A stretch of DNA of 64,000 nt from Armatimonadota bacterium (lineage in GTDB: Bacteria; Armatimonadota; UBA5829; DSUL01): assembly GCA_039811685.1 (NCBI GenBank), contig JBDHZC010000002.1:544001-608000 (forward strand). Direction: 5' to 3'. How positions within the stretch are numbered: position 1 is the stretch's first letter; each line of letters opens with the position of its first letter. Shown here in pieces: positions 52,193 to 61,688 of this stretch. The notes under the pieces were generated by a model. The model searched no databases. It was not told the origin of the DNA and worked only from the letters and a program-made list of their open reading frames with translations. Both the position numbers and the translations under genes were made by a program.

Positions 52193-52381
52193 GTGGAGAT
52201 TGAAGCCACCTGGTACTGCGGTTACTGCGGAGAAGAAAACAGCTCTGTTGTTGACATCACAGCGGGAGACGAGCAGACGTTCGTCGAAGACTGCTCTGTT
52301 TGCTGCAACCCCAACACCCTGCACATTGCTGTTGACCGTGACAACGAAGATGTGGATATAGAGGCGGAATACGAAGGCTAG
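52193..52381 (+). CDS. CPXCG-type cysteine-rich small protein
   Basis: CGYCGEEN..VD......FVEDCSVCCNP; SD GAGGAGG. Confidence 0.88.
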   Translation: MEIEATWYCGYCGEENSSVVDITAGDEQTFVEDCSVCCNPNTLHIAVDRDNEDVDIEAEYEG

Positions 52382-52449
52382 ATGCGCCTCATTCGGGCCC
52401 AATACTTAGGCGCGCACAAGCGCAGGCGAGAGTACCGGGTCCGGACGAG

Positions 52450-53022
52450 CTAGGCCGCGATCGCCAGTCCAGCATCCCGGCCAGGTATGATCACGGTGGA
52501 CACCGAACGTTGACGCTGGGCAGCGCCGGACCAGGCAAAGGGCGCCTGGGCCTCGACAACGAGGTTCAGATGCATGTCGCCTACAATCATATGCAGAGGT
52601 ATCTCGAGCGCCGGTAGATTTACAGGGCTGAGCCGCTCATCCTGTCCCAGCACGAGACTGGACCATACGGGATAGCAGATTGCGCCATTGTCCTCCAGCA
52701 AAGCCAGTGAAGCGTCAGTGATGATGCTCCCCAACTCCGTCAGAGCGCTTAGCTCCAGCGTGCCCAGTTTGTCCGGCGGCGCCTGCAGCATCTGGGCGCC
52801 CAGACTTCGGGCGCTCTCAACGGTAAACCCAAACAGTATCTGTCCGGTCACATCTCCGGAAAACCTGGAGACAACCGTGACATCATCCCGCGTAAACTGT
52901 GCGGGCGTGATCTGGATCTGTCCTTCTTTGGGGCGATAGTTGACAATGTCGTGCAGGACATTGCCAGCGGCTCTGATAACAGTCTGGGCAATATCCTGCC
53001 TGGTGAGGTGGGCGTTTTCCAT
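52450..53022 (-). CDS. cheX: CheX family chemotaxis phosphatase-like protein
   Basis: FSGDVTGQILFGF..A..L...M....SALTELGSII; directly after cheY. Confidence 0.75.
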   Translation of the reverse strand: MENAHLTRQDIAQTVIRAAGNVLHDIVNYRPKEGQIQITPAQFTRDDVTVVSRFSGDVTGQILFGFTVESARSLGAQMLQAPPDKLGTLELSALTELGSIITDASLALLEDNGAICYPVWSSLVLGQDERLSPVNLPALEIPLHMIVGDMHLNLVVEAQAPFAWSGAAQRQRSVSTVIIPGRDAGLAIAA

Positions 53023-53085
53023 AGCATATTCTCCGAGGAAGAGGCGTGGAGTGTTCAGATGAGGCGAAAAATGGGCAATGCGGGG

Positions 53086-53448
53086 CTATCCGATGAGTTT
53101 CTTCACACTGCGGATGACTTTGGTGTCGCAGAAGGGCTTGGTGACGAAGGCGGCGGCGCCCGCAACCATAGCCTCCACCAGCAACGAGCGCTGGCCAGTG
53201 CTTGAGCACATCAAGATGGTGGCGTCCGGGTCGATCTCTCGTATCTGCCGAACTGCGGCGACGCCGTCCATCTCTGGCATGGAGATATCCATAGTCACGA
53301 GATCAGGGCGCAGCTCGCGGTACTGCTCCACGGCCTCCCTGCCGTTGCTGGCCTCCCCGACAACGCGGTAGCCACGCGAGAGCAAAATGTTCTTGAGCAG
53401 TGTGCGCGAATACAGAGTATCGTCTGTTACGAGTACACTCTTGGACAT
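53086..53448 (-). CDS. cheY: Single-domain response regulator, CheY-like
   Basis: VTDD, VVGEASNG, PDLVTMDISMPEMDG, FVTKPF; SD GGAGG. Confidence 0.9.
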   Translation of the reverse strand: MSKSVLVTDDTLYSRTLLKNILLSRGYRVVGEASNGREAVEQYRELRPDLVTMDISMPEMDGVAAVRQIREIDPDATILMCSSTGQRSLLVEAMVAGAAAFVTKPFCDTKVIRSVKKLIG

Positions 53449-53560
53449 GCAAAAAACCTCCGGCTGAGAACGCACAGGATGTGAGCGCTTCTGGTGGGCG
53501 ATTGGCGACGGGCGTTTTGACATCCGCGCCTGGAAGAGGTTGTGAGTCGTATGCGGGGCG

Positions 53561-53692
53561 TCTGGCAAAGAGCAGGACCTGTGGATGTTGATCCTGGCCG
53601 GCTGGTGGTATGGGCTTTACAGCCGGCTTTCCCTGCGCTGGAGCGCAGGAGCCCGACGCCAGAGACGGCAGCAAAGTGAGCGATCCGCCGTC
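53561..53692 (-). ncRNA. Candidate structured leader RNA upstream of cheY (unassigned)
   Basis: Closing stem plus three hairpins and a possible GGGCU/AGCCC pseudoknot; G-U pairs favour the minus strand. Confidence 0.4.
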
Positions 53693-53860
53693 TGTTCGCT
53701 GGTAGATTTTGGATTCAACGCGCGATGCGGTTGAACGCTTACATCAGAAATATCCCATACCCCGGGCCTTTCACCCGCCCGTGAGAGTACGAGTTTTGGG
53801 ATGCAGGTGGCTGGGTGCGGGTTTGTCTTTCAGAAAGCTGGATGCGCGATGGAAGGAGCG

Positions 53861-54940
53861 CTACGGCTCTTCGGAACTCGATGGCCCACTCTTGCGCGGA
53901 CGCCGGGTAGATGCATGTGCCGAGGACTCAGAAGAGGGCAGGGCCTCCGGCTCTCTCAGACTGTCCGTTTGCAGAACGTGAACTCCAACGCCTTCCGTCA
54001 CAAAAAAGTCCCGATCATCGGCCCGCAGCCAGTGGACCCGCGCATTCCTGCCCAGATTTCGGGTGGCTATCAGGCGCAGCAGACTCGAGTCGCGCGGCTC
54101 GGCCGCGTTCAGCGCCGCGCCAGTCATCCTCACCATCAAAACCAGCACCGCCACCAGAACCAGAACTATCAGCCCGGCCAGTAGCAGCCAGGAGGCGCTC
54201 CAGCCCGCAACCCCGGCATTGCCGAGGCGAAAGCTGGCAGGTGAGCGCTGACCCTGCTTCACCACAATTCCGGACAGACTCTGAGGCCCAAATCCCGCTT
54301 TTGAAGCTGTGACGGTATAGGTTCCCTGTTCGACCCCCGCAATAAAATAGCTGCCATCCGATTTGCTGGTGGAGACGTAGTTGCCATGATCCGTGACGAT
54401 GTTAACGCCGTCAATCGGACGGGACTGGGCATCCGTTACTGTGCCGTAAATCTGCTGCTCCGCCGCCTTGCGCGCCTCTGGAGAGAGCGAGGAGACGTTC
54501 TTCTCGGGCGGAAAACGCCTATCCTCAGTGGCGGACAGATTCTCTAACGCCTTATGAGGCTCTTCGCTAACTTTGGACGGAGCTGGAACCGGCTTAGCAT
54601 CTACCTGAGGCGTCCCGTCAGGCGCTGGAGCAGAAGGCGGCTTCAACGCGGCTGCCGGAGTCTGCTTGCTCTCAGTGGTGGGAGAAGCGGGCTTCGGCGG
54701 CAGCTTTTTCACTGGCACAGAAATGCGCGTGCCTGTGTAGAGGAGATCCGGATTGCCTCTCGGAAAGCGCGCGCGGTTGAGCTGAATGAGCTGGGACAGT
54801 GGGACGTTGTAGATCCGGGCGATGTCCGCCAGACTCTCACCCTTGCGTACCGTGTGCGTGACCACGGCAGACATAACTGACGTGGACACCAGAAGGATCA
54901 CTCCCAGGACAAGCGCCGTAACAGCGGTCCTCACGCGCAT
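53861..54940 (-). CDS. LysM + Pro-rich linker + carboxypeptidase-regulatory-like domain + TM + FliO-like C-terminal domain
   Basis: HTVRKGESLADIA..YNV....L..LN (LysM); IYGTVTD...PI.GV...DGSYFI.GV..GTYTVTASKAGF; LRLIATRNLG.NARVHWLRADDRDFFV (FliO-like). Confidence 0.75.
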   Translation of the reverse strand: MRVRTAVTALVLGVILLVSTSVMSAVVTHTVRKGESLADIARIYNVPLSQLIQLNRARFPRGNPDLLYTGTRISVPVKKLPPKPASPTTESKQTPAAALKPPSAPAPDGTPQVDAKPVPAPSKVSEEPHKALENLSATEDRRFPPEKNVSSLSPEARKAAEQQIYGTVTDAQSRPIDGVNIVTDHGNYVSTSKSDGSYFIAGVEQGTYTVTASKAGFGPQSLSGIVVKQGQRSPASFRLGNAGVAGWSASWLLLAGLIVLVLVAVLVLMVRMTGAALNAAEPRDSSLLRLIATRNLGRNARVHWLRADDRDFFVTEGVGVHVLQTDSLREPEALPSSESSAHASTRRPRKSGPSSSEEP

Positions 54941-55339
54941 ATATCGAAAACTACCTTTCCTCTCACAGCAAGCGTTCGCACCTCGCGCCGTCTTCCGCGC
55001 CGATCTCGCCGTAACCGTCCCGCCTTCCCTGCTGAACGTCCCGTGGAGTCCTTCCGTGGAGCAATGGGGAGCCCGTACAATCACCAGTCGCCTCATCATA
55101 TCACCCGGTATCCACCAAACGCAAGTCGTTGTGGTCAAACAGTTGGGCAACCCCAAGGTATTGAGAAATTCACAGATGCAATGCGGGAGAGAAGGCGCCG
55201 TCGGAAGCGCTTGCGCGAAGGAAGGAATGGCTATTTGGCAGGCGAGTTTGGGAGATGACGGGTATTCTGTCACTACAATCTCACGCGGGCTTCTGTGTCA
55301 CAGAACAGCGCCCGCAAAAGCAAGGCATGGAAACGCACG

Positions 55340-56098
55340 ATGGTTAAAATTCCGATTGGTCTTCAAATGTTTACGCTGCGCGACGAAGCTGGCAAAGACT
55401 TTGCCGGCACGCTCAAAGCTGTTTCAGAGATCGGGTATGACGGGGTGGAGTTGGCAGGCGACGGTGGACTGAGCGCGAAGGAGCTGAAGAAGCTGCTGGA
55501 TGATCTGGGGCTGGCCTGCGCCGGAGCTCACGAAGGACTCGAAAAGCTGGAAACCAGCCTGAACGCAGTTGTGGATTTTCACAAGGAGCTGAACAGCAAG
55601 TTTATCGCGATTCCATTCCTGGGCGAGGAGCGCCGCAAAGGCGCGGAAGGCTGGAAGAAGACCGCCGGGATTATGACGGAGATCGGACACAAACTGCGGG
55701 AAGAAGGCCTGCAGCTCTGCTACCACAACCACGCTTTTGAATTCGAAAAGTTCGATGGGCAGTATGCTCTGGACATTCTGTACGAAAACACTGACGCGGA
55801 AGCTGTACAGGCAGAGCTGGATACTTACTGGGTGAAGTATGGCGGGGAAGACCCTATTGAGTACATTGAAAAGCTGGAGCACAGAGTTCCGCTGATTCAC
55901 CTGAAGGACATGGCCGCCACAGAAGACCGCACGTTCGCGGAAGTCGGCGAAGGCACTCTGGACATTCAGGGCATCTTCAACGCCGCCGAAAAAGCGCATG
56001 CGCGCTGGATGATTGTGGAGCAGGACTCCTGCAAGCGCCCGCCGCTTGAGAGTGTAAAGATCAGTCTGGACAATCTCAAGAAGATGGGGCTGGCATAA
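55340..56098 (+). CDS. Sugar phosphate isomerase/epimerase (IolE-like)
   Basis: GLQMFTLR, YHNHAFEF, ELDTYW, HLKD, VGEG, IVEQD. Confidence 0.92.
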   Translation: MVKIPIGLQMFTLRDEAGKDFAGTLKAVSEIGYDGVELAGDGGLSAKELKKLLDDLGLACAGAHEGLEKLETSLNAVVDFHKELNSKFIAIPFLGEERRKGAEGWKKTAGIMTEIGHKLREEGLQLCYHNHAFEFEKFDGQYALDILYENTDAEAVQAELDTYWVKYGGEDPIEYIEKLEHRVPLIHLKDMAATEDRTFAEVGEGTLDIQGIFNAAEKAHARWMIVEQDSCKRPPLESVKISLDNLKKMGLA

Positions 56099-56117
56099 GA
56101 GGCTGACTCTCGGGCAG

Positions 56118-56885
56118 ATGGGACGCATTCCGATAGCGCTGACCATGTACACCGTTCGCCAGAGCGCTTCAGAGGACTATCTGGGCACTGTGCGGCAGGT
56201 GGCGCAGATGGGATACGAAGGTATCCAGACGCACTTTCAGGTCACGGACCCAAAGGAGCTGCGGACTCTGGCGGACGATATGGGCTTTGAGATCGCCGGA
56301 GTTCACACTGCATGGGAGGCGCTCGTGAATGACTTTGACGCGGCAGTGGAGTATAACAAAGCGCTTCGCTGCCGCGACATTTCGTGTCCCAGCCTGCCGC
56401 CAGAATTCCGTTCCGCGGAAGGCTTTGCGGAAGCGGGGCGCGTTTTGAGCGACATCGGGCGCAGACTGCGAGAGCGTGAGCTGCGCCTGACCTACCACAA
56501 CCATGCTTTTGAGTTCCAGAGCTTTGAGGGGCAAAGCGGCTACGACATTCTGTTTGAATCAGCGGACGCTCAGGCACTGGCGACTGAACTGGATGTGTAC
56601 TGGTTGGAGCATGCGGGGCAGGATCCCGTAACGTTTATCCGCCGCTTTGCCGGGCGCGCCCCCCTGCTGCACATCAAGGATATGGAAGCGGGCGAGGAGC
56701 GCTTCTTTGCGGAGGTTGGAGAGGGCATTCTGGACTGGCCAGCTATCTTCCAAGCGGCACAGGACGCCGCCGTAGAGTGGATGATTGTGGAGCAGGATGA
56801 GTGCCGCAGACCGCCTCTGGAGAGCGCGAGAATCAGCCTGGAGAACGCGCTGCGGTTCAGAGAGGACGCACAGTCAACGTCATAG
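56118..56885 (+). CDS. Sugar phosphate isomerase/epimerase (IolE-like), tandem paralog
   Basis: YHNHAFEF, ELDVYW, HIKD, VGEG, IVEQD. Confidence 0.92.
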   Translation: MGRIPIALTMYTVRQSASEDYLGTVRQVAQMGYEGIQTHFQVTDPKELRTLADDMGFEIAGVHTAWEALVNDFDAAVEYNKALRCRDISCPSLPPEFRSAEGFAEAGRVLSDIGRRLRERELRLTYHNHAFEFQSFEGQSGYDILFESADAQALATELDVYWLEHAGQDPVTFIRRFAGRAPLLHIKDMEAGEERFFAEVGEGILDWPAIFQAAQDAAVEWMIVEQDECRRPPLESARISLENALRFREDAQSTS

Positions 56886-56958
56886 CCGCGTGGACCGGGT
56901 TCGCAGCGGAGAAAGACTCAGGCAGATGGACTGGGATGTCTTGCGAAAAACAGGCTGA

Positions 56959-58272
56959 GTGATGAAGTTTCCGACGCAACTGTCATTCTCGCAATATCCT
57001 CTTCGCCTGAGACGGGCACTTGTTATCGGGATGGCTGTGGGTTTTCTATGGCTGTATCCGGCCTGGGGTCCACTCAAAGCAGTCGGCTTTGAGACTGACG
57101 GAGTTGATCCGATGCGTGTCGCGCGCATATTGGCGCCACTTCTGCTGTGGCTGGTGATTCCCCGGCGCGCGTACCGGGAGGTGCTGTGCTCCTTTTTCGG
57201 CGCGCCGCTGTCCGGCAGGATGCGATGGACACGCACACTTCTACTCACATGCCTGATCTTCAGCGCGTTTCCCCTGCTGACAGGTATTCTGAACACCAGC
57301 ATGCCCTTCGTCATAGCGGCTGTGCTTCCGATGGTGACGAGTATTCTGGCGCTGATAGGCGTGTGTATGCTGGACGATGAGACGCTGCGCGTGGTATTTC
57401 TGGGAGTTGCGCTGGTCGCGTTCGGCTTCGTCGCGGCCGGCATTGCCACAACGGGGCTGATGCCCTCCACCTACTTCGGGCGGCCACGCGTCTCTTTCGG
57501 CTTCTTTCACCCGACTTTCTCAGGAACAGCCCTTCTGGCGGCGGCCGTTTTGCCTCCGATGGCAGTGTGGAACTGGGTTCAGAAACTAAAGATGCTGTGG
57601 AGGATCACACTTGCGCTGGCATACGGCGCTGTGTGCATGGCGCTGCTGCACATGGCACAGAGCCGTAACCTCTTCATTGCGGTGATTGTGTGCGTGGCGT
57701 GCTGGGCGCTTGCGATGGTGAGCGGGAGGCGCAGACGCTCTCTGGTCTTCAGTCTCATTCTCCTGGCGCCGCTTGCGGTGTATGCATTTGCGCTGTTTGG
57801 CAACTCCAGCGACCCAATCTGGGCCTATGTGGACGAGCTTTCGTCTTACAGGCTGACAATCTTCCAGGGATTTCTGGTCAATCTCGTGCAACAGAGTCAG
57901 GGAAGCCTGTTTCTCGCTCCCAACAACAGGCTGTATCAGTTCCTTTCCACCTACTCCGGGTTTGCCGCCGTAGAGTCCGTGTATCTGTCGCTGTTTTTCA
58001 ACTTCGGGCTCTTGTGCATGCTTTTCTTTGTGGGAGCGATTGCCTGGATAGGACTGAAGCTGTCGCGCTATCGCCGCACTGCGCTACCCTTTGGCGTTCT
58101 TTGTGGTGTGGTGCTCTACTATGCGCTGTCGGCGGAGGGGTTGACGGTGAGCAATCTGGCGGTGTTTCTGGCGTTTGCTTACGCGGTGCGCTCAGCGCTT
58201 CGGGCTAATGGATTGGCGGAGCCTGCGCCAGCAAGAGTTCAGGCATCAATGCGCCCTCAGACGGTGTCGTAG
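56959..58272 (+). CDS. Polytopic membrane protein, Wzy/O-antigen ligase-like
   Basis: About 11 TMs; R.SFGFFHP, QSR, LSSYR, ESVYL.L..NFG; heads the polysaccharide cluster. Confidence 0.65.
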   Translation: MMKFPTQLSFSQYPLRLRRALVIGMAVGFLWLYPAWGPLKAVGFETDGVDPMRVARILAPLLLWLVIPRRAYREVLCSFFGAPLSGRMRWTRTLLLTCLIFSAFPLLTGILNTSMPFVIAAVLPMVTSILALIGVCMLDDETLRVVFLGVALVAFGFVAAGIATTGLMPSTYFGRPRVSFGFFHPTFSGTALLAAAVLPPMAVWNWVQKLKMLWRITLALAYGAVCMALLHMAQSRNLFIAVIVCVACWALAMVSGRRRRSLVFSLILLAPLAVYAFALFGNSSDPIWAYVDELSSYRLTIFQGFLVNLVQQSQGSLFLAPNNRLYQFLSTYSGFAAVESVYLSLFFNFGLLCMLFFVGAIAWIGLKLSRYRRTALPFGVLCGVVLYYALSAEGLTVSNLAVFLAFAYAVRSALRANGLAEPAPARVQASMRPQTVS

Positions 58273-59390
58273 TGGCGCTGGAGGTTTTTGTCAACGCATC
58301 CAACATGGTTGGCGCAGGAGCTATGTCGCTGGGAGTGAGTCTGCTGCCAGAGCTCGCCAGGCGGCTGGACTCCTCCTGCGTTGTCGAAGTTCCCGATGTT
58401 CCCGAGATGCGTAGAGCCGCATTTGACGGCCCAGCTGCGGTAGTGTTTGTCCCGAGACCCGGTGGCTCTAACGAGCTTGCCCGAATGCGGGATCTGTTCG
58501 TGAGAATTCCACGCGAAATACGGCGCAGAGGCTCCCGGGTGTGCCTGACACTTGGCGATATTGGGCCAGTATCCCTGAAATGCCCGCACGTTGTCTTCTG
58601 TCAGCAGGCTTTGCTGGTCTATGAAGGCGGCTTTGACACATGGTCTGGACTGAAAAAAGGGTATCTGACGCGGCACTTCGCCGCCTCAGCCCGGCGGGCC
58701 GCCGCTGTCGCGGTACAGACTCCGGTGATGGCCGCCCGTCTGAGCGAGCGCTTCCGCATCGAACCCGAGCGCATTCATGTTATCGGACAGCCTGCGCCGG
58801 ATCATGTCGCAGCACGCATGGACTCTGCGGAAGCGAACGAGGTGATAGCAGCGTGCGAAAAGCCTGTGAAACTGCTGTTTCTGGCGGCGTCATATCCGCT
58901 GAAAAACCACCGTATCCTCTCCGCTCTGTGCGCGGAGCTGAAGCGGCGCGGGATGGAGAAAGACGTAGAAATTTTTCTAACCCTCAGAGAGGACGCCGCA
59001 GCGCTTCGCGAGCTGCGAGGTTGTGAGGAGATCGTAACGAACCTCGGGCGGCTCTCGCAGGATGAGGTTGCCGGAGCCTTGAAGGCAGCCGACGCTCTAT
59101 TTCTGCCCACACTTCTCGAAAGCTACGGGCTGGTGTATGTGGAGGCGCTGGTGTGCGGGCGTCCGGTGATTACAAGCGACAGGGATTTTGCGCGGTATAT
59201 GTGCGGAGAGTTTGGCATCTACTTCGAGCCAACTTCGCCGCAGTCCGCTGCGGAGGCTATCGGCGCGTTCGCAGCGCGCAAAGAGGAGATTGGCCGAATG
59301 CAGGGTGTGGAGCGGCACCTGGCGCAGTTTCCTCCTGACTGGGGAAGCGTGGCTGATGAGTTCGTGCGGATGATTCGGGAGGCTTGCTGA
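58272..59390 (+). CDS. GT4 glycosyltransferase
   Basis: [20 protein letters not shown] (EX7E). Confidence 0.88.
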   Translation: MALEVFVNASNMVGAGAMSLGVSLLPELARRLDSSCVVEVPDVPEMRRAAFDGPAAVVFVPRPGGSNELARMRDLFVRIPREIRRRGSRVCLTLGDIGPVSLKCPHVVFCQQALLVYEGGFDTWSGLKKGYLTRHFAASARRAAAVAVQTPVMAARLSERFRIEPERIHVIGQPAPDHVAARMDSAEANEVIAACEKPVKLLFLAASYPLKNHRILSALCAELKRRGMEKDVEIFLTLREDAAALRELRGCEEIVTNLGRLSQDEVAGALKAADALFLPTLLESYGLVYVEALVCGRPVITSDRDFARYMCGEFGIYFEPTSPQSAAEAIGAFAARKEEIGRMQGVERHLAQFPPDWGSVADEFVRMIREAC

Positions 59391-59457
59391 CTGCGGAGCA
59401 GGAGCGCGGCTTGAAGTGCTATCATCCGCTGAGAAAACGCAAGGCGAGAGAGGACTA

Positions 59458-60504
59458 TTGAAGAAAGCGCTGATTTCGGGAGTTACGGGGCAGGACGGGT
59501 CGTATCTGGTGGAGTTTCTACTGAAGAAGGGCTACCAGGTTCACGGGATCATCCGCAGAGCATCAACCTTCAATACCGACCGCATTGACGCGATTTATCA
59601 GGACCCTCATGAGGCGGATGTGCGCCTGTTCCTTCACTACGGAGACCTCTCCGACGGCACGGGACTGAGGCGGATACTTGAAAGTGTCCAGCCGGATGAA
59701 GTGTACAATCTCGGCGCGCAGTCGCATGTCAAGGTTTCTTTCGAGCAGCCGGAGTACACGGCGGATGTGGTAGCGACCGGCGCTCTTCGGCTGCTGGAAG
59801 CGCTGCGGGACTACGTGAGCCTTTGCGGCAGGAAAGTGCGCTACTATCAGGCGGGCTCATCAGAGATGTACGGCAGCGCGCCGCCCCCGCAAAATGAGGC
59901 CACACCATTTCACCCCCGCAGCCCCTACGCGGTCGCCAAAGTGGCCGCACACTGGTACTCTGTGAACTACCGCGAATCGCATGCAATGTTCATCTGCAAC
60001 GGGATTCTTTTCAATCACGAGTCTCCGAGGCGGGGCGAAACGTTTGTCACACGCAAAATCACACGGGCGATTGGGCGCATTAAGCACGGCTTGCAGGAGA
60101 AGCTGTATCTGGGAAATCTCGACGCAAAGCGGGACTGGGGCTTCGCGGGTGACTATGTGGAAGCGATGTGGCTGATGCTGCAGCAGGATGAGCCGGATGA
60201 CTATGTGGTGGCGACTGGTGAATCGCGCAGCGTGCGAGAGTTTCTGGAGGAGTCTTTCGCGCTCGCGGAGATGGACTGGCAGCAGTACGTGGAGATTGAT
60301 CCCCGCTACTTCCGTCCCGCGGAGGTGGACTATCTGCTGGGCGATGCAAGCAAGGCGCGAGAGGCGCTGGGATGGACGCCGAAAGTGAGCTTCTGGGAGC
60401 TGGTGCGGATGATGGTGGAGCACGACATGGAACTGGCGCGCCAGGAACGCACGCTCAAGCAGGCCGGGCACAGAGTCACTCTCAGAGGAATCGCCAATGG
60501 ATAA
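59458..60504 (+). CDS. gmd: GDP-mannose 4,6-dehydratase
   Basis: [43 protein letters not shown]. Confidence 0.98.
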   Translation: MKKALISGVTGQDGSYLVEFLLKKGYQVHGIIRRASTFNTDRIDAIYQDPHEADVRLFLHYGDLSDGTGLRRILESVQPDEVYNLGAQSHVKVSFEQPEYTADVVATGALRLLEALRDYVSLCGRKVRYYQAGSSEMYGSAPPPQNEATPFHPRSPYAVAKVAAHWYSVNYRESHAMFICNGILFNHESPRRGETFVTRKITRAIGRIKHGLQEKLYLGNLDAKRDWGFAGDYVEAMWLMLQQDEPDDYVVATGESRSVREFLEESFALAEMDWQQYVEIDPRYFRPAEVDYLLGDASKAREALGWTPKVSFWELVRMMVEHDMELARQERTLKQAGHRVTLRGIANG

Positions 60505-61435
60505 GGATGCGCTTGTCTTTGTCGCGGGACACAGAGGGTTGGTTGGCTCCGCGCTGGTGCGCAGGCTGGAGCGCGATGGATATCAGAAGCTGGTGACACG
60601 CTCCCGGCAGGAGCTGGACCTGACCGATCAGCTTGCCGTTGACAGATTCTTCCGCGAGACTCATCCAGATTATGTCTTTCTGGCTGCGGCGCGCGTGGGC
60701 GGCATACTGGCCAATGACAGCTTCCCTGCCGACTTCATCCGGGACAACCTTCTGATTCAGACAAACGTCATTGACGCCGCCTACCGGAACGGAACAAGGA
60801 AGCTGCTTTTTCTGGGTTCTTCGTGCATCTACCCCCGCCTGGCCGAACAGCCGATTCGAGAGGACTGCCTTCTGACCGGACCACTGGAGAAGACCAACGA
60901 AGCCTACGCGGTAGCCAAAATTGCGGGAGTCAAGATGTGCGAAGCCTACCGGCGGCAGTACGGCTTTAACGCGATTACCCTGCAGCCGACCAACCTCTAC
61001 GGACCTAACGACAATTTTGACCTGAACTCCTCGCACGTTCTGCCCGCACTTCTGCGCAAGTTCCATGAGGCCAGGCAGCAAAGCAACCCGCAGGTGGTTG
61101 TCTGGGGCACCGGAAAGCCGCGCCGCGAGTTTCTGCACGTGGATGATCTGGCGGATGCAGCGCTGTTTCTGATGAACAGCTATGACGCAGCGGAGATGGT
61201 GAATGTCGGCACGGGCGAAGATTTGACGATTGGTGAGCTGGCGAATCTGGCGCGGGAGGTCACAGGCTACAGCGGAGAGATTGTCTATGACACGTCCCGA
61301 CCGGACGGCACACCGCGTAAGCTGCTGGATGTTTCCAGGCTCTTTGGTCTGGGCTGGCGGCCGAAAATCGGTCTCAGAGAGGGAATGCAAAGCACGTACG
61401 AGTGGTTTCTTGCAAACGAGACCGCGGCTGTGTAG
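60497..61435 (+). CDS. fcl: GDP-L-fucose synthase
   Basis: [38 protein letters not shown]. Confidence 0.97.
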   Translation: MDKDALVFVAGHRGLVGSALVRRLERDGYQKLVTRSRQELDLTDQLAVDRFFRETHPDYVFLAAARVGGILANDSFPADFIRDNLLIQTNVIDAAYRNGTRKLLFLGSSCIYPRLAEQPIREDCLLTGPLEKTNEAYAVAKIAGVKMCEAYRRQYGFNAITLQPTNLYGPNDNFDLNSSHVLPALLRKFHEARQQSNPQVVVWGTGKPRREFLHVDDLADAALFLMNSYDAAEMVNVGTGEDLTIGELANLAREVTGYSGEIVYDTSRPDGTPRKLLDVSRLFGLGWRPKIGLREGMQSTYEWFLANETAAV

Positions 61436-61688
61436 GAGCGCTTCCGAGAGCCGGATCAGGCGGAGCGTTCGGATTCAGGCTGTTGTGCAAATTTCGCAGC
61501 CTTGCGCTAAGATGCAACGTCTGGTCTTCGCTAAAGAGTCCGCTTCGGTAACACCTCATAAAAACACCAATTTTCATTCGACCGATGCGCCCGCGACGGC
61601 TCTTTCAGCCAGTCCAGTTTCAAGGATGAAAGTATCCGCCTGAGTTGTGCGCGAAAAGCGCTGCACGGGTACGGGAAGGGGAGTCAGT

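Noticed and set aside
53750..53805. FMN-riboswitch-like GGGCGGGTGAAAGGCCCG on the minus strand
   Set aside because: Only the first hairpin resembles it. The remaining FMN motifs are absent and there are no rib genes downstream.
54941..55273. 110-aa N-terminal extension of the LysM protein shown in the ORF track
   Set aside because: The signal peptide and SD point to ATG at 54940; the extension spans a divergent promoter region.
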